Shown here piece after piece: positions 1 through 11,049 of a stretch of DNA of 64,000 nt. This DNA is from Stylophora pistillata (Eukaryota): the NCBI RefSeq assembly GCF_002571385.2, contig NW_019218052.1:14591-78590 (forward strand), read 5' to 3'. Each line of letters begins with the position of its first letter. Positions within the stretch are counted from its first letter, which is position 1. A program made the position numbers and the translations under genes. The notes under the pieces are model-generated. The model did no database searches. It saw only the letters and a program-made list of their open reading frames with translations, and had not been told where the DNA came from.

Positions 1-14
1 GAATCAACTTAACG

Positions 15-218
15 GCCTGCTCCCAGTTGGCTTGTTAGCTCAATTGTTAGAGCGCTGCACTAGTATCGCAGAGGTCAGTGGTTCGAATCCCGTACAGGTC
101 TGATTTTTTTCAGGTCTGATTTTCGCTATTGCATAAATGGCGCTCTCTACTGCGAGGATCGTGCATCATACGTATCTATAACCGCAGTTCAAAATATATG
201 AACTTCATATATTCATCG
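15..218 (+). mobile_element. tRNA-derived SINE-like repeat
   Basis: A-box-like TAGCTCAATTGTTAGAGC and B-box GGTTCGAATCCC, followed by a non-tRNA body that recurs near-identically at 33846-33990. Confidence 0.75.
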
Positions 219-470
219 TAACCAAAGGAAGTAAAGTTGATGGTTTTTGATGCCAAGATCAAGATGCATCATGAAGCATGCATCACCGTACGGTATGCCG
301 GGACTCGAACCCAGTCTTATCGGTAGTCTTAAAAACGGCGGTCGCGTTCGCGCTCTTTGAAACTGAAGAGTGAACAAGCTAAGCTAATGTTTTTTTTTAG
401 TTACTCACTTGATAACCAGACTGGAAAACGAGTCAGTTAAGAGCTGAATGTCTTTTCTTGCTCATCAAAA

Positions 471-3400
471 ATGAATTATTACAAAGGATCGCGACGAAGG
501 AGCAGAAAGAGAAGGAACCACAGTAGCGAGACACTTGGTGATGGTAACCCTAACACTTCGGAAACTTCTTTTGTGAGTCTCAAGATCCATAACAGTACAG
601 CTCCAGGAAAGATTTCTATATAACCCCATACATTAGTTGTGCATTCCATTTCATAAAGACTAAATATAAAGGTTTCTTTGCAACATTCTATGTATGGGGT
701 TATATAAAATCTTGCCCAGCTCCCTGAAGTCAGCACACAATGCCACAGTAACTATAGAAAAAAATAAACGCTAAAATGTCTTCACGTAGGTCGCCAGTCC
801 TGCTGGTGAAAGTATCAAAAGGATGAATCCAGAGATCGGGGATTCAATTGCTCAGGAAGACTCAGAAATATCATTATCCTATGCTCCTGACAAGACGAGT
901 AATTTTTATTTTATCCTCCAGGATCCAAGATCTAGGAGGCAGGTAGTAAACTTAAGATCCCTTTGGGTGGCCGGTATACCTAGGGTTAATGCTCAGGGTA
1001 GAAAGAATGTCCATAAAGATTAGCTTTGTTGGCTAGAAATGATTAGATGAAGTTGATATTACACAATTTGTAACAACCTTTTTGCCTTTAAAAGTGCAGC
1101 AAATGAAAACCACCCCCACCCCTATAATAACCATCCTCGCCCCCTCCCCACTGTAAGGCAGTGGCATTATCCTTAACTACATGTGGATCAGGGGCCCGTT
1201 TCTTGAAAGTGTTTGTAACCTAGTGCACCCGAAGCTGTATTTAAAAATCAAAATTTAAAGAATAGAGGAGCAGGTTCTGGCATCCTAACCAGTTCTTTTT
1301 GTTTTAATAGCTGCTATCTTGTTTATTGTATAATTTTAAAAACTTTTGAAACTCCTATCTTGAATGAATCCTGAGGAGCTTTACAGGCCCATTAAATCAC
1401 TGAGACCTTTGAGAAACAGCCCCCCCTGGAATGGGTTGATTTGTTTAAGTATAACCTCCTATTGTTTCTTCAACGCAGATCCTCTTCACAACTTTGCAAT
1501 CTTATTACTCTATGCAGGGAAATGCTGTTCTAGAGGCAACTGAATCATCCAGAGATGGACAAATGCAGGAGAAAAGGCAGAAAAGCAGTGACAATTCTGA
1601 GATGAAACAAGCCATAAAAACAAAAAGAAACAAAGCGCCAAGTCCTGGTAGGAAAGCACAAGAAGCTTCCAAAGTTCCTGGCCAAAGGGGGCAAAGTCAG
1701 GTCAACAATAAAGCTAATGACTTGAAAGATCCTTTTCCACAAACTACCACAAGTGTAAAGAGGAAGAAACAAGTAACAAAAGCCCATTCTGCACCTATTT
1801 TCGAATCTGAGGGTAGTTTGGCTGATGCAGAAGATTCAGAAACTATGTATTGTACTGAGAAACTCTCTGAGCTAACTGATCGTGAATTCTTACAACAGCA
1901 AATCAGAATACTGAAGATGCCATTCGAGTTGGAGAAGGACTGCCCCTCTTTATCAAAGATTAAAGGTAATGGCTTCTGTGCACACCCTACACCTAAACAT
2001 CAGTAGACATATTCTTCATAGTGTGCTCTATACATTTCCTATGAAGGAGAATTTGTTTAATAATCAAGAGCTTTTATAGTTGGCAATCATGTCAGTTTTT
2101 TTCTCATGGCCTTAATTTTTGATCCTGCAGTGATACTGATTAAAGAAATTAGATACTGGTCTCTCTTACAGTGCAGCTTAGAGATCCATGGCCAATGCAC
2201 GTGTAAAAAATTTGCATGTTTTTGGTGCTATGCCCAAAAAAAAAGCATGCATCAATGCAGGTGTCTTAACCCTTTTTGCACCCAAGATCTCATTAGTAAT
2301 TCTCTATAATGTCATTCTGCAACTCCCATGATGTCAGTATGGAGAATTTGGTGTTGGATCAACTATTAATCGCATAATCCAAAAACTTTTCTTTATTCTC
2401 ATCACTCTTCTGCTTGACACTGTATTGACATTTTAAGGAGAAATTCTGTCTTGGTCACTCATGACTAATAATAATAATAATAATAATAATAATATAGTAT
2501 TTCTGACCGCTTGCAGCCTAAGGCTGAATTATGGGTGCAGTTTAAGGTTGAGAACAGACCTCAGCATATCAGGCACCTCTGGTAGCCGCTTCAGTCCATC
2601 GATCTCACCTTCCCACCCATCCCACCTAGGGGAGGACATCCATCACACAGTAATCTCGTGTGTGGGAAATTAAACACATAGGTAAAGGTAAAGAATCTGA
2701 TCCTACTGACGCATTGGCCAACACTTTGGCTGACACACTAAGGACACACCACCAACACTAACCAACGCGTCAGCCAACACACTACCAACATGTTGGTAAG
2801 AATGACTGACATGTTGGCCAACCCAGTACTGACGTATTGGTAAGTGTATATTCTTTACCTTTACCAGCACATAGCGGTTAAGGGTCTAATGCTTGAACTT
2901 GTCTTTCAAACTTACTACAACTTAACCAGAAGTTGTTGATCTTTTTTTCATGTAATGATTGTAATGGCAAAGTTTTTGGTCTACTTCTTTTTCGCCTTGA
3001 AATTTTCTACTAATATGAGTTTAGAGATTTACTTGCTTTTTTTCTTCAAGAAAAAGATGCAAAGCATGTTCCTTTACAAGTTATCAACAATGCACTGAGA
3101 AAAGGTACTGATAATAATAATAATAATGATAATAATAATAATAACATAGTTATTTTTGTTATGGTTTCAACTTTATTGGTTGCAGAAGTGGTAATGACTC
3201 TGATTAAAGACAGTTACAAATTCTCAAAATTCCAAATGTTATAAAAATAGAATTAAGAACCTCTCTGTCAGAGGCAAATTTACAGTGCATTAGCTTGAGG
3301 ATGTGAAAAACATGCCAATTCCAGGCATCCAGTGTGATGGTAAACAGTGCAATAGTTGTGGAGTGAAAAAGCCAAATTTTCTTATCTGTGTTAGTATGGT

Positions 3401-6400
3401 TTGCAAACAGTGGAAGTACTCTCCATTTCACTTTATTCAAGGGAAATTCAATGAAGAAACCAGTATAAAAAAAACTTTCTAATATCAAGACTCCACCTCT
3501 GATTTCCTTTGATTTCTTTACAAAAACTTTTTGAAAATTGAGTGGTTAAAGTCGGGGTATGTGTTTATCTGTTAGTGCAGCTTATATGCTGGTGTTCATG
3601 GTAGTCAATGAAAGTTGCCTCCTCTCCCTTTACATTAATTTTTTCCTTTTTTTTTTTTAGTCAATCATAAAACAGAGGATGTCATCATGCAAAATCTAAA
3701 CAGACTTGCACAGAGAAAACTACTTGAAAATTTATCTGCTGTAAGACAAGATTCAAGGAGTAGTTCTATATCAGACAAAGGGCTGAAAAGGTGATTATTT
3801 CTAACTTATGTTCAGGGTCTAAATTTTTGTTGATTTGCATCTTAATGTTTTGTTCATATCTTATTGTTAAAGGGCCCATGATGTCAAAAAATGTTTTTTG
3901 CTCATCTAATTCTGCATTTCACCAAATGAACTTCTCCGAAAAAATTTTCGATTTGGATAAAACGCAATTTTTTTATAATTTTTTAAGGACATTCAAATTT
4001 GCTGCCATTTTGGTCCACCATTCACACCAGTCTTCCTCGGTTTAAAGTGAGTCGTGACATAGGTTCAGGAACACGTGATTTTGGGTTATGACTTATCTGA
4101 CTTGAAAACAAGTGGGAATTTGCTTCAGAGTGGTCACAATATCGTAAGCTCGCAATATCGTAAACGACCCGCACTCGACCAGTGTATTTATGTGCACTTT
4201 AAGGTCAAGTGAGGTTCCTGAACCTACGTCACAGACATCAGTCATGTGGTCATTTTGAGCATGTTATTCTTGGAATCAGCGGCAGGGGTCGACCGCAAGA
4301 AAATAGAATTTTGAACTTTGTAAAAATTTGTTAAAAAAATTGCATTTTATCCAAATCGAAAAAATTTTTCACCGAAGTTCATTTGGTGAAATGTAGAATT
4401 AGATGAGCGAAAAACGTTTTTTGACATTATAGGCACTTTCAGTGTCAAATGAAACTGATTTCAGAAAAAGTCAAAACTATTAGTGCTGCTGTCTCTTTAC
4501 CAGCGGAAAAGTTTGTGGCCTTGAGCAAAGTAAGCTTGCAGGAGGGGCACGAGGGGTCTGGTACTAGCTACGAAGGGGTCTGTCACTAGTTTTGAGGGGT
4601 TTGGTACTAGCTATGAAGGGGTCTGTCACTAGTTTTGAGGGGTTTGGTACTAGTTATGGCAGGCCCTCATAACTAATTCAAGACTGCCAGTGCCACAATA
4701 CAAATAATGAATAAATTGATTTTTTCTTCTTTGTAGATATAAAGAAGTACAGGAAAGAGTGACCAACCTTGAAAAAGTTCACCAGGAAATCCCAAACCAA
4801 CATGCTCAACACAAGGTAACATGCATCTACACCCCAACATCCGCATGCATATTCTCAATACTGTTCTCTATACATTTCCTGAGGTGCTGACAGGGAGAAT
4901 TTGTTCAAAAGGGCTTCTTGGTGATCATTTTCTTTATTTTCGTGACCTTAATGTGTGATTCAGGGGTGATATTGTTAGGAGAAATTAGATGCCAATCATT
5001 GTTGTGGGTCAAAGGGTTAAGGATCACTAGTAAGTACTGCCACATTAAATAATTGGCATTAACCAGATGCCTCAAAAATTTTTTGTAAGTGGCTTCTGTG
5101 AGTATTTTTGTTGTTCCTTTTTAAAAAATCTTACAACTTAACTCAAAGCCAAAAGTAGTAGGAGGCATACACTAGTTACTTCCAAGATCTGATTGTTAAT
5201 TCTCTCCTCTTGCTGCTACACATTTCCTTGTAAATTAGTTATGAGAATTTAGTGTTAGATCAAGATAACAACTTTTACCCGATAAGTTTGAGTATTCTCA
5301 TTACCTGTTTGCTGGGTAATGTATGTATATTATAATTAACAATTATTCACCGAACCTGAAGTGAATAATTGTTTTAGTATAATTTCGGAGCTGAACAACA
5401 GAGAAATTTCTAAAATCATAACATTTTAGTAACATTTATTAACATTTTATTTTAACATTTTATATAAACCACGTGGAGCGGTTTATATAGTGTCATATAA
5501 GGAACCATTCGACCAATCAGATTGCTGGAAACTCTTTGCTCAGCTCTGAAATTATACTAAAACAATCATTCGCCTCAGGTTCGGTGAATATTGTCAAATA
5601 ATCCCGAGACGAAGTCAAGGGCATAATTCGACAATATTCACCAAACCTGAGGCGAATAACTGTTTTAGTATAATTTCAGAGCTGAACAGCAGAGAAATTT
5701 CTAAAATCATAACACTTAAGTAACATTTATTAACATTTTATTTTAACATTTTATATAAACCACGTGGAGCGGTTTATATAGTGTCATATAAGGGACCACT
5801 CGACCAATCAGATTGCTGGAAACTCTTTGCTCAGCTCTGAAATTATACTAAGGAGAAGTTACTTGTTGATCACTTCTGGGAGTTCTGGTTAAAAGCAAAG
5901 TAGATTCTCACAGGCTTAATTAAATTTATAAAAACAAATAAAAGTAAAAAAGTTATTTTATTTAGTTTATTTGGATGAATTGACTTTTCCAAAGCTGTCA
6001 ACTTGTGTATCTTTCCATGGCTAGGATATAGGTAATTTTGTGTCACAGCTGGAATCAGACATTGAGAAATTTGACAACAAAGAATTGGTGGCAGAGATAA
6101 GAAGAACTAATAACTTACTAGGTATGTTCAGTGCAAGTTTGGAAGACACAGTATTCCAACAGTCAGGATGCCAGTCTCTCAAGGCCTGGCCAATCATTCT
6201 TTATGTTCTTGAGAAAGACACTTCATCCTCACAGTCCCTCGCCCCACCCAGGGTGCCAGGGTGTACAAAAGGGGAATAGTGATAAGCCTAGTCGTGAATG
6301 AAGGGGGCCAGAATTATAAATGCGAACCAGCGCTGAGATCTTTGATGAAAGACTGGGAGGTAACACTACGATGGACCAGTATCGCATTCAAGGGGTAAAA

Positions 6401-7088
6401 TTTAATGCTGCTAGTCACTTCATACTATGATAACAAATCTTGCTTCTACTTATGGTGCACAATCCTCGCAGTAGAGAGCACTATTTATGCAATAGTGAAA
6501 ATCAGACCTGAAAAAAAAAAAAAAAAATATTGCTTCTGTTCCCTTTTCTATTTTTCTGGTAACCAGGAAGTGCCAACTTGAAAAATACAAGCAAGGACAG
6601 AGGGATCAAAGAAAACGCAGGTGTGGGGGGCAGATTTTTATCCTTGTTTTGTTTAAGTTACCTTTACTAGTGCTGTGGCACCATTTGCTGAAAGATAGAA
6701 AATGCCTGGTCTTTAAGGTTGGCCAGTTGTGTTGTTATGGAGCATTATCATTTGTCTCAATGAGGATTGTTACATTTTGATTTCATACCATGAGCTGTCT
6801 TCAAGTGATGTCCACTGGATATGCGTCACGTTATGGACCATTATGCTCCACTGGCTGGTGTTTGACAGCTGCGTTTAGGGACATTTCAAAGATGTGTTCC
6901 TGTTGTTGGTTGTCAAGCTGTTTCAACCAAACTTCTAATCAAATTGTTTAAAATATTTGAATTTTTTTTTTTAAAAGGATGATTTCTGTACTGTTTTCTT
7001 TGTAGATTCTGGGCCTGACGTGAGTTTGACAGATAAAGATGATCCCTGTAGTCAGGAGCAACTGGTTCAGATACTTTTCAAAGATTGA
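471..7088 (+). CDS. 9-exon ~412-aa protein with basic/disordered N-terminus and helical C-terminus; candidate CENP-U (Ame1) homologue
   Basis: Exons 471-572, 790-942, 1479-1965, 3051-3104, 3661-3790, 4737-4815, 6025-6121, 6567-6620, 7006-7088. All introns are GT-AG and phases match (1239 nt, no internal stop). AATAAA at ~7102. Gene structure is well supported; the identity is tentative. Confidence 0.75.
1189..1428. mobile_element. MITE
   Basis: Imperfect TIRs CAGGGGCCCGTTTCTTGAAAG / CTTTGAGAAACAGCCCCCCCTG in intron 2 of gene 1. Confidence 0.6.
2467..2672 (-). mobile_element. 3' fragment of SINE/LINE with (TTA)n tail
   Basis: 2611-2670 matches the body of the SINE copies at 34870-35154 and 60530-60915; (AAT)n run at 2467-2493. 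Confidence 0.55.
2681..2865. mobile_element. MITE with internal short repeats
   Basis: 16-bp perfect TIR GGTAAAGGTAAAGAAT / ATTCTTTACCTTTACC; internal CCAACAC-type repeats. Confidence 0.65.
3871..4437. mobile_element. Non-autonomous DNA transposon, Kolobok-like
   Basis: ~120-bp imperfect TIRs (AGGGCCCATGATGTCAAAAA... / ...TTTTTGACATTATAGGCACT) flanked by TTAA and TTCA; AG terminus. Confidence 0.65.
4550..4657. repeat. Minisatellite, ~21/43-bp period
   Basis: Alternating GAGGGGTTTGGTACTAGCTAT and GAAGGGGTCTGTCACTAGTTTT units. Confidence 0.8.
4829..5020. mobile_element. Representative of a very abundant ~200-bp MITE family (TTAACCCTT...AAGGGTTAA ends)
   Basis: Related copies at about 1983, 2267, 5175, 9590, 9980, 10735, 12855, 15326, 16800, 17232, 18845, 20810, 22340, 23430, 36470, 37770, 39587, 40717 and 61313, sharing GGAGAATTTG / GAGAACAGTATGGAGAATATGCAT motifs. 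Confidence 0.75.
5336..5850. repeat. Interspersed element with internal 291-bp tandem duplication; inverted copy at 38289-38530
   Basis: 5346-5560 repeats at 5637-5850. Contains the palindrome TATATAAACCACGTGGAGCGGTTTATATA and interrupts a copy of the abundant MITE. Confidence 0.75.
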
Positions 7089-7821
7089 TGATATATTTGT
7101 AAATAAAAAATATTTCATATAATGAGCTGTATTGTTTGTTTTTAGTTTTTACCTATGATCTATTGGAGAATAGATGCATAATTTCAAAAGAGAAGTATAA
7201 TCCTTTGTCTCATGACGTGGTCACTGCGGATGTGGATCGCATTATTATAAGACATCCTTTTTAAACACCAGAGCCTAAATAAACCAAGAAATATTTCCAG
7301 ATTATCGAATTTTGAATACTTCAAGTTGAAAAGTAATAGGCCTGTCAATGAATGAATTTTAGTCCTAGAAACCCAAAGGTTTGATGGCAAGTTTTCCCCA
7401 TGTATCTGCCACTGCTTCATTCATATTTTTTCCTCATTACCTTTCTGTTTGCAAAAGTATTGGTATTGGAGAGAGAAATTTTTTGGTAACTCTAAGAGGA
7501 AAAGGTTGATGCTGACTTTTACTTTGACTCAAGTGTTGGTGCAAGTCAACGTAAGGACTGAGATGTGTAGATTCACCAAAGTTTGGAAATTGCTTAGAAA
7601 AAATGTATTACAAGTCACCTCCATGAATTGTCTCAAAGTACAGCTCAAGCCAGAGTTTATTTTAATTGGCCAGTAATTTTGCTGACATTAAAGCCAAAGC
7701 TCACAATGGAAGCAACTTTTAGCATCTCAGTTGACTTCATATTTGTGTGCACGTGTTGCGTACCTACTTCTTACTAAAGTACTCTATAGGCATTGTGGGT
7801 ACATACATCCAAACATCCAAA

Positions 7822-9234
7822 ATGGCGGACGAAAAGTTTGAGCCTGGTGAGGATAATGCAAAGTGTATTCAAAAGATATTCGTAATTCATTTGAAAATGT
7901 ACCAGGAAATTTTATTTTATCGTTAATGTGTTAATGAGAGAACCCTTTTGTATTTTCAGTGATGAAAGTGACTGCTAAAGAGATGGCGGATGCGAAGCTT
8001 CCTTTGGCCGCGAGAGATTACTGCGCCCACTTACTCATTCCTCTTCTAAAGTGCAGAAAAGATACTTATTATGTACCATGGAAGTGTCATCATGAGAAGC
8101 ATGCCTGGGATAGGTGCCAGTACGATGAGTAAGTATATAAGACAAGGATAAATGGGCATAACTAACGTTCCACTGACTAGCTACCTACCACTCGAGCACA
8201 ATTATCTTATGATTGGCAGGGAAGCTTTTGTTTTGTAGGTCCTCTTATAAGTCAATGATTATCTTGTTAATAAATTTCTTTTGATGGCAAGAATTTCATG
8301 GCTAGATTGAGCGATAATATACTTAGAAACAGAGTTATTAGAAGGGAAAAATAAAATTTGTAAGTATAGAATTATGAGGACAATCTTACTTGAATTCGTA
8401 GTAATTGAAACAAGAGAATATAATTATTGTCCGATATGTGTTCAGCAGTGATCATATATATTTCAATTGTTCTGGATACAACAGATATTCCACATTCCCT
8501 CACTGTTTGCTAAGTCTCCCGCATAAAAAGTAAGTTAGGATATTTAAAGAATATTGAAGTAATTTACTCTCTGTTTTAAAAAGATTGGGTAATTTAAGTG
8601 AATTTCAATAGAGTTGGGTAAACTTATTTCAGGAACTTTCAGTTTTTTTGCGAGAGACTGGGCCATTGCGGTAAATCGGTAAATTAAAAAATTTGGGAAG
8701 AGGTGAAGGATACGATCTAAAGTTAAGCTTCTCTATTTGCCCAATCATTAGATGCTAGATTCTCTGTTATTAGCATCTCCCCGCCCCACTCTTTGATCCA
8801 TCTAATTCACCCCTTGTTACTATAACACTTCCCTTCTCATCATATCAAGTCCTCTGCAGAAATGGTCACCCAATGGCCTGTAAGTTATCAGTGTTAAATG
8901 AAAAGTATTATCTCCAAGTAATACCTAGTGGATATCATCTAACAGAAACATTTAAAATAAATATTTCAGTTTGGAATTAATGTCGTGCTTGGTTGGAACA
9001 TTTAAACATTAAAAATCTCTGTCATGAAACAAACTACTGGAAGCCCAAGAGCCACTGTTTCCTAACATTTGTGAAACTTAGCAACACCACAAGCCACCAG
9101 TCAATGAGATGTGAATAATCAAAGTATCCTTGCATTTTGCATATTTACCTAAGCTGAGCTCTTTCTTTTGAAACAGCTATATGTACAGAGTGAGAGAAAA
9201 GGAACGCAGAAAGCTTCAGCAGCCGGCAGAGTGA
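7822..9234 (+). CDS. NDUFB7: NADH dehydrogenase 1 beta subcomplex subunit 7 (B18), 83 aa
   Basis: Exons 7822-7846, 7960-8128, 9177-9234 give MADEKFEPVMKVTAKEMADAKLPLAARDYCAHLLIPLLKCRKDTYYVPWKCHHEKHAWDRCQYDDYMYRVREKERRKLQQPAE, with the RDYCAH signature and twin CX9C. Missed by the ORF track. Confidence 0.95.
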
Positions 9235-9614
9235 ATCTTTACCCACTCTCTGTTACCAGTCTGTGTAACCTCCTGAGCCTTCTTGTGATGACTAATAGAA
9301 CTTTTGTATCATAACAATGCTTGAATTTTCAGAACCTCTGGTGTAAATTGTTATAAGGGAATTAAAAGTAACCATGTTTTCCAAACAAGATGTACTTTTA
9401 TTCATTGGAAGCTATGAGATTGTAAGGGTCACTCATCACTTGGAGTCGTGAGCTCATTCAACAACACTTCCATGCAGAACTTAACCTAAGGGAAAGACTC
9501 ACTTTAAGTTGGTAAAATAATGTATGTTTGGGAGGATTCATTAATTGACAGAGTAAGTGAGTCTGTGCAAGTTATATATGATCTCTGTTAATTGTTTGAC
9601 CCTCAAGAGTGACT

Positions 9615-9790
9615 CAGGGGTTGACACTAACTTTTCAACTTACTAGCCAAGAGGCTAGTGACATCTTAGATGTTACGACAAATTCAGTCTGTTTACTAGC
9701 CAAACTGGCTAGTGGAAATTGAAAACCACAAGCCAAAACTGAATTTCTACTAGTCTGTGGCTACTGGGCTACCGTTGGTGTCGAGCCCAG
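9615..9790. mobile_element. hAT-like MITE nested in an abundant MITE
   Basis: TIR CAGGGGTTGACACTAAC / GTTGGTGTCGAGCCCAG with TSD TGACT; same family as 37007-37186. Confidence 0.7.
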
Positions 9791-11049
9791 TGACTAGCAT
9801 CTAATTTCTCCTTACGATACCACCCCTGAATCACACATTTAAGGTCTGGAGAGTAGAGGAAATAATCACCAACTAGACAAGCTTGATTGTTAATCAAATT
9901 CTCCTCGTCCACATTCAAAGAAATGCATAGAGATCAGTATGGAGAATATAAATGTGGATGTTAGGGTGTAAAGGGTTGATCTTTTCACTCTCAAGATTTC
10001 ATTTGTAATTCTCCACACAGTCTGCTGCACAATTCCTATGAAGTTGGTTCAGAGAATTTGGTATTGCATCAGCTAATAATCCCCTAATTGATTATTTCCT
10101 CTATCCTCATCACTTGTCTGCTTGACATTGTATCCATATTGTAAGGGGAAATTCTGTCTTAGTCACCAAGGGGAGCTCGTGTGAAGTCTGGCTCCTGATT
10201 CTGTGACTAAATGGAAGGCAATCTCACCAGTGTGGAGATGGGTTGTGAACAGTTCCTCTTAAGTTTGCTAAACAGAATTGCACTGGCCATTGCAGTCAGG
10301 ATTACCTTTCAGACTTTTTGTGTCATACAATGAACAAGGACACCCCCACTTCCTCTTTGGAATTTCCACAAAGTGGCTTACAATAGATGATTCCCAGAAC
10401 TGCGCAAGAAACCATGATGACAGAAGAGATACCCACATCTTAAAACAACCTCGATGGTAATTACTATCAAAGAAATTTGGTAATACCAACTAAGTTGAAA
10501 TTGTAAATTGGCCACCGAAAAGAGTTAAAAACCTGACGTTTTGAGCATTAGCCCTTCGTCAGAGCAAAAGAACCCTTCTAACCCTAAACAATGACTGGCA
10601 CCTAATTTCTTCTTACGTTTTGACCTGCAATGTTCACAGGAATAAAGGAAATGAAATTTGAAAGCAAAATTTTGACATCACTATTTGTAATTTACACTTG
10701 CATTCATTTTCAACCAATCAGGTGTATTTTTTTACCTTTCACTCTTACAATCTCAGTGGTAACTCTCCTTACTGTCTGTCATTATTCAGTTCTTATGATG
10801 TAAGTTTGGAGAATTTGGCATTTGATTGACTAATCATCCCCTAATTGACATTTTTCTTTATTCTCGTCACGACTGCTTGATATTATATTAATAATGTAAG
10901 GAGAAATTCTGCATTGGTCACTCACAGCAGTTAAAAGGTTCATCTTTAATCTCCAACTTAGAAAAGTTAAATATATTTTGTTAATATGGATAAGGGTTTT
11001 TGCAAGTTCCATATTGGAATGTCTAACAGGTTTCTAAATCAAGAATCAC

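Noticed and set aside
29-100. Functional tRNA genes here and at 290-320, 26742, 30885, 35080-35150, 47810, 60531
   Set aside because: A/B boxes only, no complete cloverleaf; they continue into repeated SINE bodies or are fragments.
10530-10566. Additional hammerhead ribozymes (also 11402-11433)
   Set aside because: Core is mutated: GAAA reads AAAA in the first and CUGACGA reads GUGACGA in the second.
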